From Veleropilina oligotropha (taxonomy: Eukaryota): DNA of 64,000 nt. The position numbers and the translations under genes were made by a program. Positions 35,846-49,140 of this stretch are shown here, one piece after another. Positions within the stretch are counted from its first letter, which is position 1. Each line of letters starts with the position of its first letter. The stretch spans positions 310,001 through 374,000 of the forward strand of contig JBEUKZ010000070.1 in the NCBI GenBank assembly GCA_048128005.1, written 5' to 3'. A model generated the notes under the pieces. The model was not told the origin of the DNA. It did no database searches and saw nothing but the letters and a program-made list of their open reading frames with translations.

Positions 35846-36049
35846 CTAGGCGGCACGATGACCTCCACACGGTCTACACAACAGAACGGCTGATTTCGTG
35901 CCGACACCACATCTCTTACATGGCGGAGGCGATGTTCTACCCATCCGAATCTGCCGTCGATGGGCCTTGCAAAATTCGTTGACGCAGCTACGACCACAGA
36001 CCCCAACGGTATCAACTGTCAACCAAGGGCACACATTCGTTCCCCTCAT
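35846..36049 (-). CDS. Small Cys/His-rich (putative Zn-binding) viral protein
   Basis: 67 aa with C..C..C..CKAH, CKRC, CRPC; lies inside the element upstream of the replicase. Confidence 0.55.
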   Translation of the reverse strand: MRGTNVCPWLTVDTVGVCGRSCVNEFCKAHRRQIRMGRTSPPPCKRCGVGTKSAVLLCRPCGGHRAA

Positions 36050-36230
36050 AGTTATAGCGTATACCAGAAGTCTGCCAGTCTCTAATATAGAGTATGACAC
36101 AAATATACGCATGGACGGCGAGGGTAACGGGCCCCGGAAGTCCCATAGACTATACTAGGCTACCTAGTTCAGGGCGGCCGACAAAAAACCTCCGCCGTAA
36201 TGAAAAAACGACCCATGCCCTGAGCAGACG

Positions 36231-36395
36231 GGGCTGGGAGCCTCCACCCCTGGGGACCTGGGCCCCACCCTAACTTCCTCTGAAATGCCCTGGGGGTATA
36301 TATTACGAGCCCCCCTCAGTTCGGAAATAGGGCTGGGAGCCTCCCCGGTCGCCCCGGGCCCCCCCTAACTTAGTCTAAAACCCCCTAGTCCCCCC
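36231..36395 (-). repeat. Right TIR of element 1
   Basis: Reverse complement of 16722-16886 with few mismatches. Confidence 0.95.
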
Positions 36396-36704
36396 TATAA
36401 TAAAATCAAATATCAATTCATTGTGCGAAAATTGGTCACACATCAGAAGCAATGACTCGATGCCATATCAATCTTCACTAATTATATACCTAGACAATTC
36501 CTAGCTGCAAATCAAAGACCGTTTGTATGAATGCCTAGAGAATCATATATCATGGCACACTAATAACAGAACAAATAGATACATGATGGCAGTACAATCA
36601 CCCAGAACGTGTAATATGTTCACAAATTCTTTACAGTAGTGAGTGAAAGATGGACTGACACAGTCTGTAGTGCAACATTTGACATTTCATGGATCAATCG
36701 TGTG

Positions 36705-39700
36705 TGTTACAATATGATGTCTAAATACTTAACGAGTTAACTTTAAGAATGGTACATTAGTATACGAGTTCACTTTAAGAATGGTAAATAGTATTGTTAT
36801 AACTGTGTAAAACGACTTGATGATTAATTGCACTAAGTGTCCATGCCATAGAATGATTGTCTGTGACCTGATGATCTAAAGTAATCTTGTTAATATTATC
36901 AATAACAATTAGCAGAAGTTAACGAGAATTGACGTCACATAAGGCTGGCATGGGTGGACATGTTTGACATGTTTATATAACTGAGTTAGATTGATGATGA
37001 TTATTATGAGTCATTTTGCACGCGTTACTAGTTCCACGTTGGAGATGCCACGTAGGCCAAAACATGATGTAATCCCAAAGCGCGCTAGCTGATTGGTTAA
37101 GAAGAGGGTGTGGCCCTTTTGAGAAGATCTGGTTTAAAGCCTGTGCGAGCCGAAGTGCGGCAGTCCCGACCTAGCTCCAAGCTGGGAAGCACGCCCGGGC
37201 GGGGCTCATTTTGTGTAGCATAGAAAATTGTATACTATGTTATTGTTATGTTGAGGACTTATATAAATGAATTGTCCAGAAACTACAAATGCCTTGAAAT
37301 GTAATAAGAGAGAAGTAAACTCAACGACTCCAGCAGATAGCGTCCAGTCACGGGGATGTTATCGCGTACCATCGCATTCCATCAGGGATAACACAACGGT
37401 CCAAAATACTGTTGGAATGAACTGAGTCGGCGAGTAGAGATAATAGTAGATAGCAGAGGAACCTAGACGACACGTATAATGAAGACCAGTAACCTCCCAT
37501 GTGTGCTCCGAACATACGGCAAACAATTGCTACAGAACTATTTAATTATCCCATTAACACTGTGACGCGGCGACGGGCATTCCGCCAGTTCTTGAAGTCC
37601 GAATTTGGTAACACCATCTACACCCCGCATTGCTACAGTTGTTAATTTGGTGAGCGTGACCAGGTGAACCAAGCTGTTAATTTGGTTCGACGTGACCGGG
37701 CTGCCCTACGAATATCAACAAACCGCAGAGGAAATATCGTGGTGGATGTTGCAGACCGGCATACCAAAAGACAGAGAGCAATTGAGATGGCGTATCGAAA
37801 TGGAGCTGTTATCAACAATAACATAGGGTGAGTGTGTCATGTATTAAGTCTGCATTTTGTAAATTACACCTGATTATAAAAGTAAAGTGATAGAAATGGC
37901 CGAAGGTAAGGTTTCACATAGTCAATGTAAAATGGAAGTGAGCGCCGGTGAGAAACCAGTCGAGTCATGTCAGTTAAATAATCCGAAGCAAAATTATGTT
38001 GAATATATTTATGATGAGAAAGGACTGAACGCGATAATTTGGACGTATATCAGCAAGACTGAACGTTTACAAATAGCGGAATGGGAGTCCACATACACAG
38101 AGATAAAACAGGAGAGTAACAGGAATTAAAATAACAGTCCATATTAAATAAGAAGATGGTTGTATTGTACATAAATATTGTGTTTGCATGCTTTGAATTA
38201 TATCTTTTATGTTGGAACCGGAATAGGGATAAGATAGTACCATACTTGAAGGGCTAAACTGTATTAATAGCAGAAATATGTATTGTTTCCATTGTGTGAT
38301 GGATTTATTGTATGCCATGTAAAACACTATTGAGCAAGTCATAGTCTGGTATAAAAGATATGTGAATTAGTTTCTACAAATGCTGCGAGAAATGTAGAAG
38401 TGTGTCAATTTATTCATTGGCTGTTTTAGTGTATGTCGCATGATAAATTCTTGAGATATGCATTACTATAGCTGCCAGCGACTGGATTGATTACGAAATT
38501 TTGGCTCCTTGCAGCGAGGGATCAGCGCAGTTGACCTTTGTGTAAACAAACCCGCAGAGTATAGTATTTTATAACTGGGAAAATACATTTTGCAGATTAA
38601 TTGAGTTAGAAACAGAAATAGTGGAGCAGAAGAGATTAAATATTACAGAAAAAGTAATAAATGTTAGAATTGTTTGATTTCATTTGACAAGTGTTGAGAA
38701 ATAAAAGACGTGACCAAGAGCATTGTTATGTGAGGACGCACATGTAATAAGAAACATACATGTTAGGTGTCGACGTTATGTCGGGGGGGCTGTTTCAGCT
38801 TTTGAAAGGGGGAATTAAATCCTTTGCACCATAATACAGTTCGAAACCGGATAAGGGCGAACTGGTAAGGTTGATTGGACCTCGTGAATGCCAATCGGAG
38901 GGAGAGGTGAAATAATGTAACTGAAATCAAATAATAAAACAGTCTTAGGGTGTACAGACATTAACGCAACTATAATAGAGACAGGGTGGAGTGATTCCCC
39001 TGAATAGTAAAAGTGCACTGAGGGTCGTGGTAGCAGTGGGGTGACAGACGTAAAGGGTGATATCTACTGATGAGATAGAGAGTGAGTGTTAGGTCTGTCT
39101 AACATGAGTTGGTAACTTTTGATTAATTTATTAGCGCTTGAACTAAAGGGTCAACCGGGGCTTAGCGGCGTGTTCTTCGACTTGGAACACGCTTCCTGGT
39201 TGTTGGATCAAATTGATTTTTGGTCTCGCTTAATGACTTTTATGTTCACATGTCGGATAGTCTAGCGAATGCATTCTTCAGTAAGAGTTAGTAACACGTG
39301 GATGATTGGTCGTGACACGCCACTGATAACTGACCCATGAATGAGGATCATGAAAGAGGTGATTGAGAAAATGTGGATAAGAAGTCCACCAAATATAAAC
39401 AAGGAGCGCTAAAAATGGTCAAATAATTAAATGATGACCAATAGGCGGAGCGATGAATAAATTTGCAATAGGTAGTGTCTTGTATTTTCGAGATTTTCGT
39501 AAGATCTGTTCGCTGAGTTTATTGGTACTAATAAGTGACTAACTTTGAACCGAATGCCATGGAGAAAGCATTATTTCCGAATTGAAAGGCATACAGCGAT
39601 TGGGTTCTATATGGCGTTCACGATCCTGTTAATGATTGTCATAAAGGGATGTATAATGTTTAAACTTACGGTTCATTGTGAGAAGAAATATTCGTTGGCC

Positions 39701-41540
39701 ATAAACTTAGTAGAGAAGAGAACAGGTGTAATGCAGACAAGACACACGAAACCAATTAATTAAATCAATGATGTGCAATGTGTCGTCATCGGGAGATAAT
39801 AGCCGATAACGCCTAACATACTCAATGGTGACTAGCAGTTCTAGTAAACAAGTTAAATGTTTTCTGGCCGAGAGGGCTGGACACTTGAAAATATTGAGAA
39901 ACTGTGGTTTTAGTAAAACCTTAAATGAGAAGCTGTGGTTTACGTAAAACCTTGAATAAGAAGTTAAAAGTAAGACGTGTAAGTTACTGAAGATCAATGT
40001 AACTTGTCAAAATGATGTACACCCATGTGGATGATGATTGTATTAAGTAGCATGAAGTTTTCATGTCATAAAGTGGCATAGTATTGCCTAATGGTAAATC
40101 GTGTTGGTGTTAATTGAGAGCACCACTTTAGTTCAAGTGTGAACATAAGTTAGAGGACAGATATTGCTGCTTTGGTCTTTCTTCCAGGTGGTCCATTGTG
40201 CCACGATTGAATCAATGTATATGCGTGCGACGACTAAGAACCTACGACATGTTTAATTGGTACGACGACTGAGGATTGGACATATTTACGAACTGTGTGT
40301 CTGAATCGTCGACCAATCGCACGAGATTAGGACTGAATGGATGTGCCTTGAGAGGAATGAACAATGTGCGCGATTCACTTTATTTAGTGACCCATGTGAT
40401 GAATACATGGGGTTAAAGAGACTCTTAGTAAATTTATTGATGATCTTAATTGTTTTGAAATACATTTGATTATTGAGTTATATTGCGCATGCTTTATATT
40501 ATTGTGCATGTTTTATTATTGTTGAACTATGTTTTGATTACCGATCATATTGAATGACTATATGAGAATCTTAATTTGATTAATGTTCTTCGAAGTATGG
40601 GAGGTACTGTTACAATATGATGTCTAAATACTTAACGAGTTAACTTTAAGAATGGTACATTAGTATACGAGTTCACTTTAAGAATGGTAAATAGTATTGT
40701 TATAACTGTGTAAAACGACTTGATGATTAATTGCACTAAGTGCCCATGCCATAGAATGATTGTCTGAGACCTGATGATCTAAAGTAATCTTGTTAATATT
40801 ATCAATAACAATTAGCAGAAGTTAACGAGAATTGACGTCACATAAGGCTGGCATGGGTGGACATGTTTGACATGTTTATATAACTGAGTTAGATTGATGA
40901 TGATTATTATGAGTCATTTTGCACGCGTTACTAGTTCCACGTTGGAGATGCCACGTAGGCCAAAACATGATGTAATCCCAAAGCGCGCTAGCTGATTGGT
41001 TAAGAAGAGGGTGTGGCCCTTTTGAGAAGATCTGGTTTAAAGCCTGTGCGAGCCGAAGTGCGGCAGTCCCGACCTAGCTCCAAGCTGGGAAGCACGCCCG
41101 GGCGGGGCTCATTTTGTGTAGCATAGAAAATTGTATACTATGTTATTGTTATGTTGAGGACTTATATAAATGAATTGTCCAGAAACTACAAATGCCTTGA
41201 AATGTAATAAGAGAGAAGTAAACTCAACGACTCCAGCAGATAGCGTCCAGTCACGGGGATGTTATCGCGTACCATCGCATTCCATCAGGGATAACACAAC
41301 GGTCCAAAATACTGTTGGAATGAACTGAGTCGGCGAGTAGAGATAATAGTAGATAGCAGAGGAACCTAGACGACACGTATAATGAAGACCAGTAACCTCC
41401 CATGTGTGCTCCGAACATACGGCAAACAATTGCTACAGAACTATTTAATTATCCCATTAACACTGTGACGCGGCGACGGGCATTCCGCCAGTTCTTGAAG
41501 TCCGAATTTGGTAACACCATCTACACCCCGCATTGCTACA
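36705..41540 (+). mobile_element. Non-autonomous LTR retrotransposon; 933-bp LTRs at 36705-37637 and 40608-41540
   Basis: Near-identical TG...CA LTRs, TGTG TSD, PBS-like TGGTGAGCGTGACCAGG after the 5' LTR, purine-rich tract before the 3' LTR, no gag/pol ORF. Confidence 0.92.
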
Positions 41541-41551
41541 TGTGTCGCTCG

Positions 41552-42504
41552 TGTTACAATATGATTTATAATTACTTAACGAGTTAACTTTAAGAATGGT
41601 AAATTAGTATTGTTATAAATGTGGAAAACGTACTTGATGACTAATTGCACTAAGAGCCCATGCCATAAAGTGATTGACTGTGACCTGGTGATCTAATGTA
41701 ATCTTGTTTATATTATCAATAACAATTATCAGCCAGTTAACGAGAATTCACGTCACATGAGGATGGACATGTTTATATAATTGAAATAGATTAATGATGC
41801 TTACTCAGCGTCCTTTTGCACGTGTTTCTGATGTAATATGGGGCAAGTTAAGTATAGAGGGAAGTTCAAGTTAAGTGGGTAAATCCAAAGCGCGCTAGTC
41901 GATTGGCTTAGAACAGGGTGTGGCCCGTTCGAGAAAATGCGATTAGGGTACAGTGCGCGCTAGAGGAGTTTAGTTTCGACCTAGCCCGTGTCAGTGAACA
42001 CGTTAAAACAGTGTGGTTAATTTGTACATATAAATGTGTAGTTAGAATTGATATCTACGCTACGCTTGGCTTCAGCAATATGTATGTATCCGATGTAATT
42101 TGTACCATGTTGTGGACTATATAAAAAATGAATTGTCAAGAATCTACTTCTGACTTCGTTATCCAGTAGCGAGATGTAAACTCAACGACTCCAACGGATA
42201 GCGTCTTATCACGGGGTGTTATCTTATACCATCGCATTCCGGCATGGCTAACACAACGGTCCTTTATGTTGGAATGCCCAGAGTCAGCTGAGTCGATCAA
42301 GAGACAGTAGCAGATACTCCAAGTAATACTAGACGACACGAATAAATAAGTCCCATTAGCCTTCCACCGTTGTTCACCGGACATATAGAAATCCACTGCA
42401 GATTACAGAACTAATTTATCACTTTAACACTGTTACGCGGTGACGGGCATTCCGCCAGTTATTGAAGTTCGAACTGACAGCACTAAATGGTCCGTAGCGT
42501 AACA
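41552..42504 (+). mobile_element. Diverged solo LTR of the same family
   Basis: TGTTAC...GTAACA ends, colinear similarity to the 933-bp LTR, flanks CTCG/CTTG. Confidence 0.8.
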
Positions 42505-42903
42505 CTTGTTGTCAATCATACCATATAACTATTTAACTAAATATGTTAGTAAATTATTTGGTATGCATAATGACATATGAAAAATTGTTGAAGCAGTATT
42601 AGGATCGTGATATTTTGTGGGATATCATTTAGTTCGTCTATTTAGCTTTTATTCATTTCTGTTTATAATGATAGAAGTGGTATTTCAAATTTCCATCATA
42701 TGAAACGGGTTTTAGAAAGGACCCATAAGCTTTGCAAGGATGAGAGTCAGACAATGATAATTTGGGTAGTTTAACTAATATCTGCATTAAACATGATATC
42801 CTAGAAGTCGTAATGCAAATACGTGTAGTAATAAGACAGAATTAGTTTCATTAAAGAAAAACATGGTATGGATTTGAACTTGGTTCGGTTTCGCATTCCA
42901 TAG

Positions 42904-43154
42904 GTTGTCTTTCACTTTCGTCTCGGCTGGAGTCTTAGTTCTGCGGGGACCCACTGCGACCCATTCCTTATTCGATTCAGTCAGCTGAGGGCCAACGCCG
43001 AGGGGGACTGGAAATGCATCTCGGGTTGCTCGAGCACGGCCAGCCTCAGCGACCTCAGTTATTACTGCACAGAGATCAACGTGAACGAGGACTGGGAGCA
43101 GGGCGAGCGCACGTTCGAGCACACCTTCCCCAGCAAAGGACCATTCACCATCTC
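42904..43154 (+). CDS. Host gene exon 2
   Basis: AG|VVFHFRLGW...WKCISGC...YYCTEINVNEDWEQGERTFEHTF|GTGAGT, phase 0 to 2. Confidence 0.85.
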
Positions 43155-43447
43155 GTGAGTGAATCGGATTGTCTGTATTGCAATATCTGAAACCTGTTTA
43201 GGCCTACGTTAATAAATTAGCGACCTACCTTCCGAACATAGTCAATCCATCTTTCATTAACTAGGACAATATCCAAGCTGAGTGGTTCATTTCATTCACT
43301 ATTCACAAAAATATACTGTAGAATCAAGTCACCTTGGCTAAACATAGAACACATAACATGCAAAAGTTCTTGTTCCACAACTATAAAGTAGCGTATTGTA
43401 TTTTTGAAGATAACAATAAAAATATAATTATAAAATTTAATTAACAG

Positions 43448-43588
43448 ATTCCAAGGCATTGATTGGCCAACGCTGAGCTTTCGAAACGCGAGTACATGGG
43501 ACATCCGGACGCTGGTCGATCTGCACGAGCGCAGTGACACACAGAAGCCGAATACAAGTCCACTCACGTCCAGCTTTCCGATCTATAG
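43448..43588 (+). CDS. Host gene exon 3
   Basis: FQGIDW...WDIRTLVDLHERSDTQKPNTSP, AG/GT boundaries, phase 2 to 2. Confidence 0.85.
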
Positions 43589-46500
43589 GTTAGTAAATGC
43601 AAACCTGACGCGTCACAAATGGTGCTCAATTAAGCTTAACATAAGTCTACGCTCAGACCGCCAGCTCAACGAAGTTGCACTTGGTCAGTCTTTGAATGGG
43701 TGGTTATGCCGGACAATGGCCAGGTGCTGTCGTAAACCAGTACGATTTATAGAGGCGGTAAGCCAAGAGTCGGTAAGCCAAGAGTCGCCTACTTGTCACG
43801 TCACAAGAAACATATATCACTTAGTACAGAGTACAAGCATCAGCTATCAGAGCCGGAAATAATCAGTTTTTGATATATCTTGTTAAACAGACAGATATGG
43901 ACACAAATAGAGGCTAAAAATAGAGCCGGGTTCCAAATTAAAATGGCGCAAGAAATAGGCCTATTTCTCGATCATTTAAGGACTATTTATTACGTAAACC
44001 ATTTTCACTGCTGATTTTGAAAATTGTGAAATATGTGTCTGATACATTGTCGCTATTTCGAGATATAATCAGTATATTTAGTAGTACTAGATTTTAACCC
44101 GTGAAATAATTGCTTCCGTTCGTGTTGATCGTATGGCTCGAACCTGACACCATGCATTCCTACCCATAATTGAGTGCGCGACGATCGATCGTGGCCCATA
44201 GTAAATATGCGCCCCCCGTGTTCTGGGCGAATAAGATGAAAATGTAAAATCTGAAGTTCTTGATTTCTTTCTTCCGGCACACTCGTTAATTTGACACTAA
44301 GATTGCAAAGATCCGTCGCGCGGCGGCGGAAGAAATTCAGCTTCAGGCCCCGTCGGAAGCTGTTTGGCATTGGTCAGGCTCAGAGCTTCCAACCTATATA
44401 AATAGTAAAGAGTGATAACTGTGAATGGCCGAATGCCGTGATCCCTGATGGCCCGAAGGACCCAATAAACAAGAGGGGCACGGGTGTGTGGGCATACCCA
44501 TTCCACCGGGGAAATTTTTTCACTGTAGATGGCCTTAGATGTGTTTTCCTGCACTCTTGAGAGTTTCGGGGAAAACAAAATATATTCTAATGTATATATT
44601 CAATAATGACACGACTTCATGAAATATATATTTTCTGGTTTTAACTTTATCCATTATCGTATCTTTAATTAATTAATACCAAAGGCAATGTTCCAACTTG
44701 AGTTGTATTAGTAGGCAGCCTGATTACGCATACTAGTAGCTAATAATTTCAATCACTTCACTCAAGCTCTGAATTAATTGTTCATGACATGATACTAAAG
44801 TGCCAAGAAACACACGAGTGGAGAATATCCATATGAAGTAAAGAACCCGATCACCTAAATTAGACCCTGCATAATTATGTATTATTTGAAATTATAATAT
44901 TCAGTTTCTAGGCCTACATGGCGCATTTATTCTGAACTGTCGCAATGTGAACCTAGTTTTACCTGGCCAGAGTCAGTATCGACCGTATCCGTGCCAAGTG
45001 TTTCAAAACTTTCTAGCGCTATAGGAGTCATAAGTGTCACAACGGCCATAGGTGTTGAAATTGCGACACTTGTTGTCCATTACGCAAAAGTTTGACCATA
45101 CATGTCGTAAAATTAATATTGCGACATTTATAGCCTCGGATGTCAACATTTTGATGACGCAATGGTAATAATCGATTTGTTTCACTATTATGTATTGGTA
45201 TGTTATTACTTTTGCAATTAATTAAAAAATTCCTAGTGATATCTGAGTAAAATTTTTCTCAGTAAAGACTCAGATTTAACATTAAGTTTCTATCCAATAG
45301 AACGATTTCTGATTATTTTACCCTGGTATTAAGGCATGACATCACTGCGAAATTAAGAACCCGTTTGATCGTCTCTTTCGATCATAGGTTTTAGTTTACA
45401 TCACCCGGCCAGAGCAGGCATGTTTTAACGTCATTGTGCGATGAAACGATTTTGTCCACATCAACAAGGATTTCGATCTGATAAAAGGGATTTGAATGAC
45501 TACACAGCGTTGTCGGGACCATCTGATTAACGTCACTATCATATCAAATTGTTTTTGTCGATCCAGGTAAGAGATTTAGACGGATTTTATTAAGAAATGA
45601 TTCACAGTCAGGTTTCAATGTTGAGAATTTTCATCCGTTTTTCTCGACAGCTCTCTGTCATTGGGATATGGTCCCAGCTTCAGCGTCTCTATCTTTGTTC
45701 GTCCATTATGCTCAACTGTGAATGTTTACTTCACATGTATCCAACTCACTAATGCAAGACCTTATTGGCCAATATTGCGCCATATATGGCTATAAGCGGC
45801 GATATTTTTCAACTCTTTTTTTGGGAGACATTTATGGTAACAATTTGGCGAAATTGTGACACTTATAGCCGTGAGACACTTAGGCCCTATGACTCCTACA
45901 ATGAGCCACACCAATATATTCATACGGCACTTCAAGTTATTGGTACGCCGTATGGGGATATTGGTGCGGCGCATGAAATATTTGAAACAGTTGGCACGGC
46001 ATGCGGCCGGAACCATCGTTGTTAAAATTAGATATGCACAATAACCATGAACATTAGTGTCTTTTCCCTCCAAAATAATTTTTTGTCACAAACTAATTAA
46101 ATGTCCCAGGCAGATTAATGGCAGGCATGTGGGAGTATTAGTTACAACTAGCTGCCTGCAGATTTGACACGAGGAAAGTTAATTATATTGACATGCAGTT
46201 ACATCTAGGTAACAGCACTCGTAGCAGATATATAGTGGACAAAGCATTGCGGCCGGATATATATGGTTTTACACATGTAGTCAGTGGCAATATAATTCTA
46301 TAGAAACATAATTATATTCTCGCATAGACTGATCCCATTTTTTACCGGTGCTGGAAAATTCTATCTAGCACACTTTGTATACATACGCAAATGCTGTCTA
46401 GCACAGTTTGTATTCCGACGCATGTCGTCTGCAATGTTTGGAAACAAAAATGGCGGATCGAAACATAAAATACCCATGTACTGAGGCTAACATCTCTCTA

Positions 46501-47363
46501 TAGTATCTATATCGCATTCAACCACGCATGTACGCTACACCACACCGATGTCTCATAACTATCTACAAAACTTACCATGGCTTTAAGTTTAGACCTGCAG
46601 ACTATAGCTACTCCAACGCTGAAAATTCATTCTAATTTCTACATAGCAGACACAATTCCGTGAAAATCCAGGCAAAACACGTCCTTAGTTTGCAAATTGT
46701 CCGCTTGATGTAAACAAATTTAAATGCACCATGAAGCATATGTACGGCAGCAAATACGAACATAATTACAGATCGATCGACGCTCCACAAACACTTCTGT
46801 CAGAATTGCTGGAAAATAAGTCACACGCAGATCGACAGCAACTAAATTATAAACAGACAACATTGCCTCTGCAAAGTGACGTCACTTCTTGTCAGTTCAA
46901 TAGTTCTAACGTTTTTAATCTACGCTATGATTTTAAATATATAGCGTTTTGTCGACTTTTTCAATTATTAATATTTTAAAGTTACTAATGAAATTGAGTA
47001 AATATTTATTCCATAAATACGGAACTATATTTGATTGCGTCAGAAGAACAGCTGGTGAGTGATTGGGCTTTTCTAATACTCGTACTGGTATGCAAGGTAA
47101 ACAAATATCGAGTCTTAAAAAGTAACATGCATATAGTGTCAATGCGATAGTTCGAGCTTTTTATTACCATATGTTATGAATTTAAATATTTTACAATTAT
47201 TATTATTTAATAATACTAAAGAATTGAATAAATATTTATTCCATAAGTACGTGATTATATTTGATTGCGTCGGAAGAACTACGGGTGAGTGATTGGGTTA
47301 TTTGAATACGCAAGGTAAACACATGAAAATAACTTTTTCAAGCTTTTTGAGGTGCGAGAAAAA

Positions 47364-47520
47364 TAATCAAGCCCCACATTTGAGTTCCAGATAGATAAAT
47401 ATCAGTCTCGGGTGTGATGGTGTAACATACCAACCTCGGCTAATGCCTCGGTTGTGATTTGTTGCACCATCCCACCCTCGACTGATATTTCTCTATCTGG
47501 AACTCAATGTGGTGCTTGAT
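47364..47520. mobile_element. Palindromic MITE
   Basis: AATCAAGCCCCACATTTGAGTTCCAGATAGA... with a near-perfect reverse-complement arm. Confidence 0.75.
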
Positions 47521-47698
47521 TCTATTATTCTTGTAAAAGCACACAAATATTGGTCAGGCCTTAGCCTGTCTGGCCCGACCGCTTCCGACGGCATTGGGCT
47601 TAAAGAAACACCAACTGCGTATTTATATATAAGATATGAAATTGCATTTGAGGTATGATCATGTTTACTACTCTATTATTGTTTTTGCCGTAGTATAG

Positions 47699-47834
47699 GT
47701 TGGCGTTTGATCGTTCTCACATCTTGACGATCCCCATATTTGACGCTGACGGTGACACGGTGCGATGCCGCTGGGCTGCCGGAGAAGAATGTGGCAGCGT
47801 TTGTCATGGGTTGCCGGACGCCGTACTCGATCCA
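47699..47834 (+). CDS. Host gene exon 4
   Basis: IPIFDADGDTVRCRWAAGEECGSVCHGLP, AG/GTAAGT boundaries, phase 2 to 0. Confidence 0.85.
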
Positions 47835-48224
47835 GTAAGTGACGCACGGTAAAAATTGAACAATTATTCAATATATTCAATCATTTTTAGAACCTTGTTG
47901 ATTCCATTATATCACGTGCATATATTTTAGTTTCAACGGTGTTATGGTTTAAATGAATATTTGAAAGATTGTTACCTAATAGTGTAAGAACCGCGGCCTC
48001 TCGGATAACAATCGATGATTAAAAGGGAGTTTTTGGAAATGTACTCTTAACGATGATGAGAAATATTCAGATTTATCATTTAGTTAAAATATATTTCCTT
48101 CATACTTTTTATGCAGATGCTGTGTTTTAGGGAAAAATTTATGAAGAATTATCTGCTGTTGAATGTTTAATTGAGTGAGTACTCCTATTTCTTTCGCATG
48201 ATATCGGTTGTCATTGGTCATCAG

Positions 48225-48386
48225 GTTGCATGTACCATTCGACTCCACCCAACCGCAACAAACGGATTTGTGCTGAACGGATGGTATGTTGCTGCCATCG
48301 TCGTGGAAGACTTCCCGAAGACTGCAATTACCGTAGGAGGAATGACCCACTTAACATCTCAGCCATTGAGTTCTGTTCCATTACAG
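48225..48386 (+). CDS. Host gene exon 5 (gene presumably continues downstream)
   Basis: VACTI...WYVAAIVVEDFP...PLSSVPLQ|GTAATT, phase 0 to 0. Confidence 0.85.
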
Positions 48387-49073
48387 GTAATTGCATTTAT
48401 TATACTATATGTTACCAGACTTTCTCATGTTCACCCTGACCTAAGTTTCATGTTACATGTCATTGCAACACCAACAACAATTCTCTCTGTGATAATCTGT
48501 TTGACTCCATGAATCCCAATTATTAAAGAAAATCAAATAAAATGGCCCTTTAAGAGACCACCATACATGAACTTGACATGATTAATGATTCCATGATTCG
48601 TGCAATCGGCGTTAATTATCGCTTGCGCCTTGTTATTAAAAAACTCAATCTAGTATAGTGTTTTGCATATAGTACAGATGCTATAAAATCCATACCTTAT
48701 GCATACATGCACGAAACACAACAGGGAAGCACTGGGGAGAGTACTTCTTGCTTAACAATGTTTTTGTGCACACCTATTAATGTCACCGGTGGTTCTTGTA
48801 AGCACTGGCCTGCTAAAACACCGACGAGGTGGACACGGGCCTAAAAGTACATCGCACTAACAGCACCGCTTCATATAAATATTTCCTTTGACACGTATAC
48901 TTTATCCAGAAATTTTGATGTTGAAAATGTTAATTCCTGATATTATCTGTTAATTGTGTCTTATACCAGTTTCATATCAATAGTGTACACATTGGTTTCC
49001 AAAAAACTCAATGATGGCATTGGGTCATTTCCTTACATGTATATTTGCAAAATGCTGTTGCTTCAGCGCGCGT

Positions 49074-49093
49074 GCACGCACGCACGCACGCAT

Positions 49094-49140
<47 letters not shown>
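49074..49140. repeat. (GCAC)n/(AC)n microsatellite
   Basis: Read directly. Confidence 0.95.

Larger units (their letters stand above)
16722..36395. mobile_element. Endogenous Polinton/Maverick-like DNA virus, element 1 (complete, decayed; ~15.2 kb without the nested LINE)
   Basis: TIRs at both ends, TATAA direct repeat on the flanks (16717-16721, 36396-36400), capsid, ATPase, integrase and replicase genes, GC-richer than flanks. Confidence 0.92.

Noticed and set aside
37638..40607. gag/pol remnants in the LTR element interior
   Set aside because: No long ORF or recognisable RT, integrase or protease motifs.
46960..47310. Diverged ~230-bp-period duplication in intron 3
   Set aside because: An ordinary AT-rich duplication with no further signal.
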